64,000 nucleotides of DNA from Arcobacteraceae bacterium (GTDB taxonomy: Bacteria > Campylobacterota > Campylobacteria > Campylobacterales > Arcobacteraceae). Both the position numbers and the translations under genes were made by a program. The stretch lies in NCBI GenBank assembly GCA_963662945.1, contig OY759974.1:288001-352000 (forward strand). The letters run 5' to 3'. Shown here one piece after another: positions 38,608 through 48,098 of this stretch. Numbering within the stretch: the stretch's first letter is position 1; every line of letters begins with the position of its first letter. The notes beneath the pieces are model-generated. The model saw nothing but the letters and a program-made list of their open reading frames with translations. It made no database searches and had not been told where the DNA came from.

Positions 38608-38919
38608 TTAAGATACTTTATAATCTTGTAATATTTTACAATTATTACAATTCATGAGTATCTCATCTTGGTTGCATATTACACAAGGGTGTAATTCTGA
38701 GAAGACTCTTTTAACTATTGTATTGTTTGAATTATTAACAGCTACATAAGAAACATTCATAACTGGGTCAAAAGAGAGTTTTTGTAGTGTTTTCAAAGAG
38801 GTATAAATGTTTTTTGCAACAACTCTTCGTATTCTTGAAGACGGGTGTTGAGATAGCTCTGACAAAACATTTTTATCTGTTGAATTTTTTGCAATTTTTA
38901 AAAGTTCAATTGTTGACAT
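38608..38919 (-). CDS. Hypothetical protein with LRV-like repeats and C-terminal Cys cluster
   Basis: VAKNIYTS..L.KL..D; CVIC..CNNC. Confidence 0.65.
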   Translation of the reverse strand: MSTIELLKIAKNSTDKNVLSELSQHPSSRIRRVVAKNIYTSLKTLQKLSFDPVMNVSYVAVNNSNNTIVKRVFSELHPCVICNQDEILMNCNNCKILQDYKVS

Positions 38920-38973
38920 ACTATACCTTTTTTCAAATATTTTTGTAATTGTATAATTTTTTAAAATAACTTT

Positions 38974-38993
38974 GTAGTAGTATTATATCGGTT
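38974..38993 (-). promoter_or_regulatory. Stress-cluster motif, copy 3
   Basis: GTAGTAGTATTATATCGGTT; 20 nt from TACAAT. Confidence 0.55.
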
Positions 38994-39009
38994 GATAAAC
39001 ATTTATCTA

Positions 39010-39366
39010 CTACTCTACTATAAAGTCTTGTAAATTTGTTTTCCCATAGGTTATTTCAGAATTGGCATCTTTTATTTTTTTTGCTACAACTCCTATAAGA
39101 GTTTTTACACCATTTGTTTTTTCTGGGTCTGTTAATGGAAGTAATCTTACAGTTACAGCTTCCCCTTTACTTGAAAGTTGTATAAAAAAGTTTTGTGATT
39201 TCCCATTTTCAACAGCAATACTCTCAAGTAAAGCAGAACTTTCTCTATGATTTATATATTTATCTGTTATTTTTAAAATACCTTTTTCTATTGGTTGTAC
39301 AAATAACTCAATGGCATCATAACACTCTTTTACATTTTTTGCTTTTTCTAAAACTATATGTGGCAT
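39010..39366 (-). CDS. Hypothetical protein
   Basis: 118-aa ORF with AAGGA RBS. Confidence 0.75.
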   Translation of the reverse strand: MPHIVLEKAKNVKECYDAIELFVQPIEKGILKITDKYINHRESSALLESIAVENGKSQNFFIQLSSKGEAVTVRLLPLTDPEKTNGVKTLIGVVAKKIKDANSEITYGKTNLQDFIVE

Positions 39367-39423
39367 ACTTTTTTCCTTTATTATTCTATACTAGTTCATT
39401 ATATAATTTTTTTTGATAACTTT

Positions 39424-39443
39424 GTAGTTAAATTTTGTTTGTT
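39424..39443 (-). promoter_or_regulatory. Stress-cluster motif, copy 4
   Basis: GTAGTTAAATTTTGTTTGTT; 20 nt from TATAAT. Confidence 0.65.
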
Positions 39444-39466
39444 TATATACTTTATAAAATTAGGGG

Positions 39467-40759
39467 TTATTTTTCTATAAATAAAAGTAGTTTTTCATCT
39501 ACTAAAGCTTCTACTTTATCTCTACCACTATGTTTTGCTTTATAAAGTGCTTTGTCTGTTTTTGCAAACAATGACTTTTTATTATCACTATGTTTAAAAT
39601 AACTTACTCCAAAACTTGCTGTTAGTTTTATAGATTGAAAATCGTGTTGTTTAATAATAGATTTTAACTTTTCACATATATCTATAGTTTCATCGATATT
39701 TTTATCAATTATTAAAGCAAATTCTTCCCCACCCCATCTAAAAAACTGATCATTGTCTCTAATATTTTCTCTAATTAGCCTTGCAAACTCTTTTAAAATA
39801 AAATCTCCTTTTTCATGACCATGCTTATCATTAATAACTTTAAAATGATCAATATCTATTAGAACAAGAGAAAATATTTCTTGATTTAATCTATAGCCCT
39901 CAATTTTTTCATCTATTGTTTTATCAAATTTTCTTCTATTGAATATATTTGTTAGTGGGTCTATATAAATCTCTTTTTTTAAATCCTCTTCATACTTTTT
40001 TTGTTTCGATATATCTTGGGAAATACTTACATAATAGATACTACTTCCATTATCATCTTTAATAGTTGTAATATGTTTTTTATCATAAAAAAATGTTCCA
40101 TCTTTTTTTTTACTTTCAAACACACCACTAAAACTTCCATTTTTTAAAAGGGTACGCCACATAGTTTTATAAAACTCATCATCTTGCATATCTGATTTTA
40201 AGATTCTTGAGTGTTTTCCTGTAAGTTCATCTTTCCCATAGCCTAATGTAGTATTAAATGTTTTATTTGTATAAACTATCACACCATTTAAATCAGTCAC
40301 TAAAATGAGATTATTTGAATTTTCTACAATAGAACTTAGTAATTTTTCATTTTCAAATTTTATTTTTTGGTCTATTATTTTTTGAAAAGATATGTATGCA
40401 ATTGTATTGTTATTTTTATCTTTTAAAGGTGATATTGACCATTTTACATTATAGCTACTACCATCTTTTCTATAATTTACACTTTGTCCTATAAAATCGT
40501 TACCATCAATGAGTTCTCTTTTTAACTCATTGAGTATTTTATAATTAGACTCTTCTCCTTGAAGAATTTTAGGATTTTGACCTATAAGTTCTTCTTGTAA
40601 ATAGCCTGTTTCTAAACAAAAAATAGAATTTACATATATAAATTTTATCCCATTATCCCAGTTTGCATCTGTTATAGCAATAGGCTCTATACTATTTTCA
40701 AAAGCATTGAGAAGTGAATTTATATTTGATAATTCTAAAAGTTTATTACATTGAGACAA
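39467..40759 (-). CDS. PAS-PAS-GGDEF diguanylate cyclase
   Basis: Two PAS domains, DIDHFK, RWGGEEF. Confidence 0.92.
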   Translation of the reverse strand: MSQCNKLLELSNINSLLNAFENSIEPIAITDANWDNGIKFIYVNSIFCLETGYLQEELIGQNPKILQGEESNYKILNELKRELIDGNDFIGQSVNYRKDGSSYNVKWSISPLKDKNNNTIAYISFQKIIDQKIKFENEKLLSSIVENSNNLILVTDLNGVIVYTNKTFNTTLGYGKDELTGKHSRILKSDMQDDEFYKTMWRTLLKNGSFSGVFESKKKDGTFFYDKKHITTIKDDNGSSIYYVSISQDISKQKKYEEDLKKEIYIDPLTNIFNRRKFDKTIDEKIEGYRLNQEIFSLVLIDIDHFKVINDKHGHEKGDFILKEFARLIRENIRDNDQFFRWGGEEFALIIDKNIDETIDICEKLKSIIKQHDFQSIKLTASFGVSYFKHSDNKKSLFAKTDKALYKAKHSGRDKVEALVDEKLLLFIEK

Positions 40760-40760
40760 T

Positions 40761-41819
40761 TTATACCCTTCTTATAGGTTCAGCAGTAGGTTTTGCAAAA
40801 TAGTATCCTTGAGCTAAATCAACCCCAATACTTTTGATTGTTTCAAGTTCATAAACTGTTTCAATTCCCTCTGCTAATACTGTTATATTATGTTCCTTTG
40901 CTAAATTGTACAATGCTTTATATACTGATTGTTTCAGCTCATTTGTATCTATTCCACTTATAATATTTCTATCTATTTTTATAATATCAGGCTTTAGTTC
41001 AATAAGCATATTTAAACTAGAATACCCTTCACCCACATCATCTAAAGCTATTTTAAATCCTTTTGCTCTGTAGTATTCTAAAATACTTTTAAGATGTGCT
41101 TGATCTTTTACAAGTTCTGTTTCAACAACTTCAAATACTATTTGAGATGGGTCAAATTCTAATTGTTTTGCCCATTTTACAGTTGAGTTTAAACAAAATT
41201 CTGGATCATAGATAGATGTTGGGATAAAGTTTATAAATACTTTTTGGTGAACTTTTTTTGTAGCTGCTGTTTTTAAAGCACTCTCTCTACAAAGTCTATC
41301 AAGTTTAAAATTAAAATCATTCTGTTTTGATTTTCTAAATAGTTCGTCCGGATACATTAAACTTCCATCCTCTTTTACACCACGTGCAAGGGTTTCATAT
41401 CCATAAATTTGATTATCATTCATATCAATAATAGGTTGAAAATGTACTGTTAAAGATTCATTATTTACTATATCAAAAAAGTCTTGGTCGTCAAATAGAT
41501 TTATATATCTTTGCAGTGGTTTAGCTGTTAAGATTGATTGGAAGTTAAAGTGCTTTTCATCATCAGAGATAAATACTTTAATAGTATCTCTTTCAAGCTC
41601 TTTAAAGTAATTTTTAAATGCATCCAAGTTTTCACAAAAAAACTCTTGAACATTATTAGTTCTAATACTAATAAGTCCATTAAGGTTTTCAGGATTTAAT
41701 TGAAGTTTATTTAAAAACTGTTCTGATTTTATCATCAGTTCTTCAATCTCACTTATAAAAAATATGATACCATCACTATTTTTTAAGATAAATTTTTCAC
41801 TACATTTTGTACAAGCCAT
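40761..41819 (-). CDS. EAL domain c-di-GMP phosphodiesterase
   Basis: FQPI, ETLAR, DDVGEGYSSL, KIDR, EGIE, QGYYF. Confidence 0.92.
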   Translation of the reverse strand: MACTKCSEKFILKNSDGIIFFISEIEELMIKSEQFLNKLQLNPENLNGLISIRTNNVQEFFCENLDAFKNYFKELERDTIKVFISDDEKHFNFQSILTAKPLQRYINLFDDQDFFDIVNNESLTVHFQPIIDMNDNQIYGYETLARGVKEDGSLMYPDELFRKSKQNDFNFKLDRLCRESALKTAATKKVHQKVFINFIPTSIYDPEFCLNSTVKWAKQLEFDPSQIVFEVVETELVKDQAHLKSILEYYRAKGFKIALDDVGEGYSSLNMLIELKPDIIKIDRNIISGIDTNELKQSVYKALYNLAKEHNITVLAEGIETVYELETIKSIGVDLAQGYYFAKPTAEPIRRV

Positions 41820-41872
41820 TATAGTCTCCTTTAATTACTTTTTAATATTTTATCTAATAGGAGTAAGGGTTT

Positions 41873-41892
41873 GTAGTGTTTATGTGTGAGTT
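41873..41892 (-). promoter_or_regulatory. Stress-cluster motif, copy 5
   Basis: GTAGTGTTTATGTGTGAGTT; 20 nt from TAAAAT. Confidence 0.65.
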
Positions 41893-41898
41893 AAAAAG

Positions 41899-42396
41899 TT
41901 ATTGTTTGATATTTAAAGCCAATTTGACTAAATTAATGTTTTTATGAAGCTTTTCTACTCTGTGCTCAAATTCATTTTTATGTGTATTGTAATAGATTGA
42001 ATTTTTTATATCCTCAAGTTTCTCATCAAAGTGTACTATTGTTTGATGTTGTATATCTTCATTTGTTAAACCTACAAGTAATTCAGGAGTTTGTTTTTCT
42101 AACTTTATGATTACATGTTCTAAGGTGTATTTATTATCAACATTTACTTCTAAATATTCACACATATCTATATATATTTGGTTAACATGTGAACCATATT
42201 TGTTGTAAATAACCCCTGCAAAATCATTAAGATATTTATGATAGTTTTTATAATTAGAGAAAAATTCTTTTATAATTTGATATTCAAATTCTTGATCTTC
42301 ATCATAGATTTTATCTATCATATGCTTTACTGACAAATTTAAAATTTGATTATCATTTTGTGTTCTTAGTTGTTGTAAAAAAATATTTTTAGTCAT
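41899..42396 (-). CDS. Hypothetical protein
   Basis: ORF track starts at 42414; ATG at 42396 has a GGAG RBS and leaves room for the promoter. Confidence 0.7.
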   Translation of the reverse strand: MTKNIFLQQLRTQNDNQILNLSVKHMIDKIYDEDQEFEYQIIKEFFSNYKNYHKYLNDFAGVIYNKYGSHVNQIYIDMCEYLEVNVDNKYTLEHVIIKLEKQTPELLVGLTNEDIQHQTIVHFDEKLEDIKNSIYYNTHKNEFEHRVEKLHKNINLVKLALNIKQ

Positions 42397-42442
42397 AATA
42401 AACTCCAATTTCATTAATTATATCAACTATTGAAGTTTATTA

Positions 42443-42462
42443 GTATATATATTTTGTTAGTT
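42443..42462 (-). promoter_or_regulatory. Stress-cluster motif, copy 6
   Basis: GTATATATATTTTGTTAGTT; 20 nt from TATAAT. Confidence 0.65.
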
Positions 42463-42468
42463 AAAATA

Positions 42469-43365
42469 TTAATGCTCTTTTGTTTCCCATATTTTATTGT
42501 ATTGTTCCTCTGTTAGTTTTACTAACTCTAACTCTTCAAGAAACTTATAAAGTTCATTCCATCTTTTATCATCTGCTTTTATATTTGTCTCAAATCTTGG
42601 AATGGTATCCTCTATAATTTTATTCATAAGGTTGTTATTTTCTTGTTGTGTGTAGTCAAAGTAAATAAATTTTGCCATATCAATATTTTCTTTACAATAT
42701 TGAGCCATATTATTAGTAACTTCAATAAACTTACAAAGTGCTTCTCCTTTTTCTTTGATAACTGTATCAGTTGTCATAAACTCTAAAGCTGAAAAGTTTG
42801 GATAAGGAGATAGATTCTGATCTATAAAAAGATTTTCAAAATTTTTTGCTTCTGCTTCAATTCCCTCAAAGTTATAAAAACAAAGCCATGCACCATCAAA
42901 GCTCTCATCATTTTTCATATTATTAATATGCCAAAAATCAGTTTCTACAAAAGTGACATTTTCTCTTAAAAGTTCAAATCCCTCTTTTTGAGCATACCTT
43001 TTTATTATCTCAAAACCTATTTTATTGGTTACTTCGTTTGCTGCTGGAGTTGTAATTTTTATAGGTTGGTTTGATTTTAGTTTTTCAACTCTATCTTTTC
43101 GTATCATCACTCCACCTCTTGTTTCAAAAAAACAACCCATAGATTTCAACCCATCAAAGTGATGTTCAAAAAGGTGTAAAGGTTCATTACAATGGATATC
43201 TATATCTGTATTTTTTAACTGTTCAAATCCATCATAGTGTTCATCTGGAGCTACTATCTCTAGGTCAATTCCTGCCTCTTTATATTTTCCTGTTTTGATA
43301 CCTGTTATCATTGGTAAATGGTCTGGATTTAAAAACCACTCTAGTGCTATTTTTATTTTTGTCAT
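42469..43365 (-). CDS. NMT1/THI5-like protein, no signal peptide
   Basis: LEWFLNPDHLP N-terminus; NFEGIE. Confidence 0.8.
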   Translation of the reverse strand: MTKIKIALEWFLNPDHLPMITGIKTGKYKEAGIDLEIVAPDEHYDGFEQLKNTDIDIHCNEPLHLFEHHFDGLKSMGCFFETRGGVMIRKDRVEKLKSNQPIKITTPAANEVTNKIGFEIIKRYAQKEGFELLRENVTFVETDFWHINNMKNDESFDGAWLCFYNFEGIEAEAKNFENLFIDQNLSPYPNFSALEFMTTDTVIKEKGEALCKFIEVTNNMAQYCKENIDMAKFIYFDYTQQENNNLMNKIIEDTIPRFETNIKADDKRWNELYKFLEELELVKLTEEQYNKIWETKEH

Positions 43366-43374
43366 ATTTTTCTC

Positions 43375-44001
43375 CTACTTAAATTGTTTAGCATAATATA
43401 TGGCATGTGAAGTTATATCAACACTGTTCCAAATATCACTTATAATACTGACCATATCTGGTCTAAAATTTATAATCTCATCTATGTTTTTGCTGTTGAT
43501 TCCACCTATAGCACAGATAGGAATTTTGAGTCTATTTCTTGCTATTTTTAGAGTTTCTAGTGGTACTACATTTGAATCAGGTTTTGTAGGGCTAGCATAA
43601 AATGAACCAAAAGCAACATAATCAGCCCCTAAAAGTTCAAATCTTTTTGCAAGTGCTACATCTCCATAACAACTCACCCCTATAACTCCTTGAAATTTTT
43701 TCCGTATATCTATAAAATTTTCATGGTCGCTTTTTCCTATATGAAGTCCATCACATTGGATTTTGATTGCAACTTTTATATTATCATTGAGTACAAAAAG
43801 TGCATTGTACTCTTCACAAAGTTTTTGGATTTTTATGGCAATTTGTTCTAAAACAACATCACTACTTTTTTTGTCTCTAAGTTGTACAATTGTAGCACCA
43901 CCACTTAATGCTAATTCTACTTTTTCCAAAACTTTATCAGAGGGTGTAAGCTTATCATCTGTGATAACATAAAGTCCTCTTAGTTTTCTTTGATATGACA
44001 T
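43375..44001 (-). CDS. thiE: Thiamine phosphate synthase
   Basis: VQLRDK, ND, GVSCY, SPTKP, AIGGI. Confidence 0.93.
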   Translation of the reverse strand: MSYQRKLRGLYVITDDKLTPSDKVLEKVELALSGGATIVQLRDKKSSDVVLEQIAIKIQKLCEEYNALFVLNDNIKVAIKIQCDGLHIGKSDHENFIDIRKKFQGVIGVSCYGDVALAKRFELLGADYVAFGSFYASPTKPDSNVVPLETLKIARNRLKIPICAIGGINSKNIDEIINFRPDMVSIISDIWNSVDITSHAIYYAKQFK

Positions 44002-44780
44002 ATTTCACCTGCTATTCTATGAGATATAGGTCCATTTCCAGAACCAATTTTTGGAGCATTTTTAATCCCTAAATAGATAAATTTTTTAGCTATTTGAAGA
44101 GATTCTTGGAGTGATTTTCCTAAACTTAAGTTTGCTGCAATGGCACTACTAAAACTACATCCAGTACCGTGAGTTGCAGTTGATTCTAGATATGGAGTAT
44201 CAAAGATAAACTTTTCTCTTCCCATAAAAAGTGTATCCACACTTCTTTTGTGGTCATTTATCTCTTGGATATGATTTTTTATCACTACTGAACAAGGAAG
44301 TTGAAAAATATTTTTTAAACTATCCGTAGAGGCAAATTCATATCCTAAAAGTTCTTTTGCTTCAAAAATATTTGGGGTGATAAGGGTCACATAGGGGAAA
44401 AGTGATTTCATATTTTCTATAGCATCTACACTTAAAAGTTTTGAACCAGCTTTAGAGATAAAAACAGGATCAAATACTATTGGGATATTCAAATCTTTTA
44501 TAAACTCCCTTACTGTATCAATAATCTCATTTGAGTAAAGCATCCCAATTTTTATAGCACTTACTTCAAAATCATCAAATACAGCTTTGATTTGAGCATT
44601 TATAAAATCAGGGGTAATATCAAAAATATCTGTCACACCTTTTGTATTTTGGGCAGTTAATACAGTAATAACACTCATCCCAAACACACCAAATGCCTCA
44701 AATGTTTTTAAATCAGCTTGAATACCAGCTCCACCGCTACTATCACTACCAGCAATAGTTAAAACTATTTTTGTACTCAT
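43980..44780 (-). CDS. thiD: HMP/HMP-P kinase
   Basis: IAGSDSSGGAGIQADLKT, TAQNT, THGTGC. Confidence 0.95.
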   Translation of the reverse strand: MSTKIVLTIAGSDSSGGAGIQADLKTFEAFGVFGMSVITVLTAQNTKGVTDIFDITPDFINAQIKAVFDDFEVSAIKIGMLYSNEIIDTVREFIKDLNIPIVFDPVFISKAGSKLLSVDAIENMKSLFPYVTLITPNIFEAKELLGYEFASTDSLKNIFQLPCSVVIKNHIQEINDHKRSVDTLFMGREKFIFDTPYLESTATHGTGCSFSSAIAANLSLGKSLQESLQIAKKFIYLGIKNAPKIGSGNGPISHRIAGEICHIKEN

Positions 44781-44832
44781 AAAATTCCTTTTTATTTTAT
44801 GAGGATAGTTTATAATTTATAGAGATTGTTTT

Positions 44833-44852
44833 GTATTATAAAAATGTCTTTT
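44833..44852 (-). promoter_or_regulatory. Stress-cluster motif, copy 7 (weaker)
   Basis: GTATTATAAAAATGTCTTTT; 20 nt from TAAACT. Confidence 0.45.
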
Positions 44853-45565
44853 TATAGGCTTCTTCTCTCAAGATAATCTCGAAACTCTTTTGCACCATCT
44901 TTGGAACTTGTAACAATCTCATCTATACCATGAAAACTTATCTCTAATTTTGATTGTTCAACACTTTGCATCGATTTTATTTTGTCCGTGTTTACTATGA
45001 TTGAACGGTGGATTCTAAAGAAGCTTTTATTTTGAAGTAGGGTATCCATATCTCCTATTTTTCTTCGTACATACACATCAGCATCTTTGATCCGTACAAT
45101 CACTTCATCTAAATCTGCTTTGATATAAAAAATATCATTTATCTCTATAAGATAGATTTTATTTCCCCTTTTTCCCATGATTTTTTTCCCTGTTGTGGTA
45201 GGGGTGATTTCCAAATATTTTGTCACTTTTGTAAGAGCATTTTTGACATTTTCTAGTGTTGTTGGTTTAAGAATATAATCAACTCCACCAGCTTTAAAAG
45301 CATCAATTGCAAACTCTTCATAGGCAGTTTGGAAGATAATAAAAGTTTGAGGTTCAATATCTAAAATTTTATTTGCTAGTTCAAGTCCTGTAATATTTGG
45401 CATTTGGATATCTAAAAATACAACGTCATATTTTGTTTTTTGAATATTTTCTAAAACATCTCTTGGGTCATTAAAACTTGTGATATCTTCAATCCCAAGT
45501 TCATGTAACAGTCTTGTTAGTCTACTTGTTGCTAATTTTTCATCATCTACTATTAATATTTTCAT
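44852..45565 (-). CDS. LytTR-family response regulator
   Basis: DDE..LDIQMP..DYILKP; FFRIHRS. Confidence 0.93.
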   Translation of the reverse strand: MKILIVDDEKLATSRLTRLLHELGIEDITSFNDPRDVLENIQKTKYDVVFLDIQMPNITGLELANKILDIEPQTFIIFQTAYEEFAIDAFKAGGVDYILKPTTLENVKNALTKVTKYLEITPTTTGKKIMGKRGNKIYLIEINDIFYIKADLDEVIVRIKDADVYVRRKIGDMDTLLQNKSFFRIHRSIIVNTDKIKSMQSVEQSKLEISFHGIDEIVTSSKDGAKEFRDYLERRSL

Positions 45566-46554
45566 TGTTTCCCTTTGAGTTTGATTTCGAATGTTGTATT
45601 GAGTTCATCAGCTATATAGTGTAACTTTCCAATTTCTAGAAACTCTAATCTTTTTGAAAGATTGGATAACCCTGTACCAAAATTTATTGAAAGTGGTTTT
45701 TTTCCATTGTTTGATACAGTTATTGTATGGTTTTTGATTTCAATTATGATTTTGAGTTCACAAGAGTTATAACCATGTTTTATAGCATTTTCTACTAATA
45801 GTTGTATAGAAAATTTTGGAACTTTAATATCATCTATAGAGTGATTTTTTATTTCAAGTTTTATTTTATCTTCAAAACGGATATTTTCTATATTCACATA
45901 GGTTTGTACCATAGAGAGTTCATCTTCTATAGGGATAATACTCTCTGTTTTAATAGCATTTCGTAAAAATTTAGAAAGATTGAGTATAGAGTTTTCAGCT
46001 TTTTTTGGGTCAATATACACCAATTCACTCATAGAGTTTAATGCATTAAATAAAAAGTGTGGATTGAGTTCATTTTCTAGTGTTTTTATTTTGCTTAGTA
46101 ATATCTCATTTTTAATCGATTCATTTTTATATTTCATAGAGATAAACTGATGTAAAATAAGCCCAACTAAAAAAGTCAAAAATCCAATAGTTATAGTGAT
46201 ATAAAGCCAATAAGGTTTTATTAAAGTGAGAATTTGTGTATCAAAATTTAAAAAAATAGCAAAACTAAATAAAAATCCAAAAGCCCCAGAACAAAAAGAG
46301 AAAAAGAAACTAATAATATACCAAAATTTTTCATTCACATTTGGGAGGATAAAATTATTTGATATAGTAATAAGTAAAGATGCACACAACGAGATACAAA
46401 TAGCCGTAGTTACACTAAAAATTATTGTGGAGAGGTGTTGTAAATTGTTGTTTAAAAAGTATAAAAACAAAGAGATAAAAAATCCAAAAAAAGCTCCGAT
46501 AATAACAATATAAGTCCAATCATTACTAGAGATTTTTAATTCAACTGTTTCCAT
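45562..46554 (-). CDS. LytS-type sensor histidine kinase
   Basis: Four TM helices, LNPHFLFNALN, LVENAIKHG, GTGLSNL. Confidence 0.92.
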   Translation of the reverse strand: METVELKISSNDWTYIVIIGAFFGFFISLFLYFLNNNLQHLSTIIFSVTTAICISLCASLLITISNNFILPNVNEKFWYIISFFFSFCSGAFGFLFSFAIFLNFDTQILTLIKPYWLYITITIGFLTFLVGLILHQFISMKYKNESIKNEILLSKIKTLENELNPHFLFNALNSMSELVYIDPKKAENSILNLSKFLRNAIKTESIIPIEDELSMVQTYVNIENIRFEDKIKLEIKNHSIDDIKVPKFSIQLLVENAIKHGYNSCELKIIIEIKNHTITVSNNGKKPLSINFGTGLSNLSKRLEFLEIGKLHYIADELNTTFEIKLKGKQ

Positions 46555-47956
46555 TTAATTCCTTTTGTAATACATCAACCCCAAGTGCAACTCCAGGCCA
46601 ACCTTGACCTGCAAAAACTGTATCTCCCACATTATAAAGTCCATCAAATGGGGTATTACAACTAGGTAATTGTGTGATATTGTGAAATCCTATCGCTTTT
46701 CCACCACAATTATATCTATTTATATATCTATTAAAAGTAAATGAGGTAGCACTATGTATTTTTGTAATATTTTCTTTTTTTAAACTTGTAAAATATTCTA
46801 AAAATTTATTGAGTATATAGTGTGTTGTTTCCTCTTTTGTTTTATCATAATTAACTAAATATCTCCAAAAGTTTGCTTTTGTATGGGTCGAAATAGTTAC
46901 GCTAGTTCCATTTTGACTTAAAATCTCATCATCACTTTTTGAAAAAGAGACAAAAAAAGAGTTGGAGATACAGTTTGGTAAAGACTCATTATAGATAAAT
47001 TGATAATGCTCTAAAAAATCATATTTTTTATCTAAAGTCAGATAGATTACAAAAGCACTTTGGTCACTAAAACTAAAACTATTATAATATTTTTGTATCT
47101 CTTTATTTTCAAATAATTCAGCTGATTGATAGATAGAGGAGTTTAGAATCAGTTGTTTTGTTCTATATTCATTTTTTTTAGATTGGAGTATATAGTTTTT
47201 CCCATCTTTTATAATTTTTTTTATCTCCTCACTCTTTTTCACCTCTATATCTTTGAGTATCTCTTCTATTAAACTTCCCATTCCCCCATATACATAAAAT
47301 ACATCATGAAAAGGGTAAGATAGACCAAGTGCTAAAGATAAAAGTGAAATATTTTTTGAGGTAGTTTGTATTGTTATAAGAAGTTGTGCATCGATAAAGT
47401 TTTGATACTCTTGTGAAATATCGCCTAAAGTTGTTTTGATAAAACTATCAGCACTTTTGAGTAAATCAAACCGAAAAGTCTGGAGGAGTTCACCTATAAA
47501 AGAGGTAGTTTTGAGGTATCTTTGAAAACTATATTTTCCATAATATATCTTTTTTAGTTGCCAAAATTTTTCATCTATTTGTTTTATTTTATTCCAAAAA
47601 AGTTTATTATTTTTATTTGGATAGGTTTGTTCAATATTTTCTAAAAAAGTATCAAAATCTTTAACTCTATCTATCGTTCTCTTTTCTTGAACAACTCTTA
47701 TAGCTACTTTGCTTTTAGAAACATTAGGGACAATGCCAATAGTATCAAAATGCTTTTTAAGAATATGACCATCTTCATATCCTACAAGTGTTGTTGCCCC
47801 TGTGTTATAATAGTTTCCAGTTTTTCTAAAAGTACTAGCACAACCACCAAGATTTTTATCTTTTTCAAATAAAGCTATATTTTTATTGGCATTAAGAGAT
47901 GCTATTAAACTTCCCCCAATACCACTACCAACTACAGCTATATTAAATGATTGCAC
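46541..47956 (-). CDS. Phytoene desaturase/CrtD-like FAD oxidoreductase
   Basis: VVGSGIGG, LGGCASTF, GAT, GDTVFAGQGWPGV. Confidence 0.8.
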   Translation of the reverse strand: MQSFNIAVVGSGIGGSLIASLNANKNIALFEKDKNLGGCASTFRKTGNYYNTGATTLVGYEDGHILKKHFDTIGIVPNVSKSKVAIRVVQEKRTIDRVKDFDTFLENIEQTYPNKNNKLFWNKIKQIDEKFWQLKKIYYGKYSFQRYLKTTSFIGELLQTFRFDLLKSADSFIKTTLGDISQEYQNFIDAQLLITIQTTSKNISLLSLALGLSYPFHDVFYVYGGMGSLIEEILKDIEVKKSEEIKKIIKDGKNYILQSKKNEYRTKQLILNSSIYQSAELFENKEIQKYYNSFSFSDQSAFVIYLTLDKKYDFLEHYQFIYNESLPNCISNSFFVSFSKSDDEILSQNGTSVTISTHTKANFWRYLVNYDKTKEETTHYILNKFLEYFTSLKKENITKIHSATSFTFNRYINRYNCGGKAIGFHNITQLPSCNTPFDGLYNVGDTVFAGQGWPGVALGVDVLQKELNGNS

Positions 47957-48005
47957 CTTTGCTCCTATTGTTTTTTTATTATTATAGAGTTTTTTTGCTA
48001 TTTTA

Positions 48006-48025
48006 GTAGAAGTTAAATGTTAGTT
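48006..48025 (-). promoter_or_regulatory. Stress-cluster motif, copy 8
   Basis: GTAGAAGTTAAATGTTAGTT; 19 nt from TATAAT. Confidence 0.65.
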
Positions 48026-48098
48026 AAACATTTAAACTTCTCAATTACATTTAGGTGAAGTCTCTTATCTTTACGACTAATCTACCAATAAATTTTTA

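Noticed and set aside
44781-44851. TPP riboswitch upstream of thiD
   Set aside because: Region is short and AT-rich and lacks the CTGAGA core.
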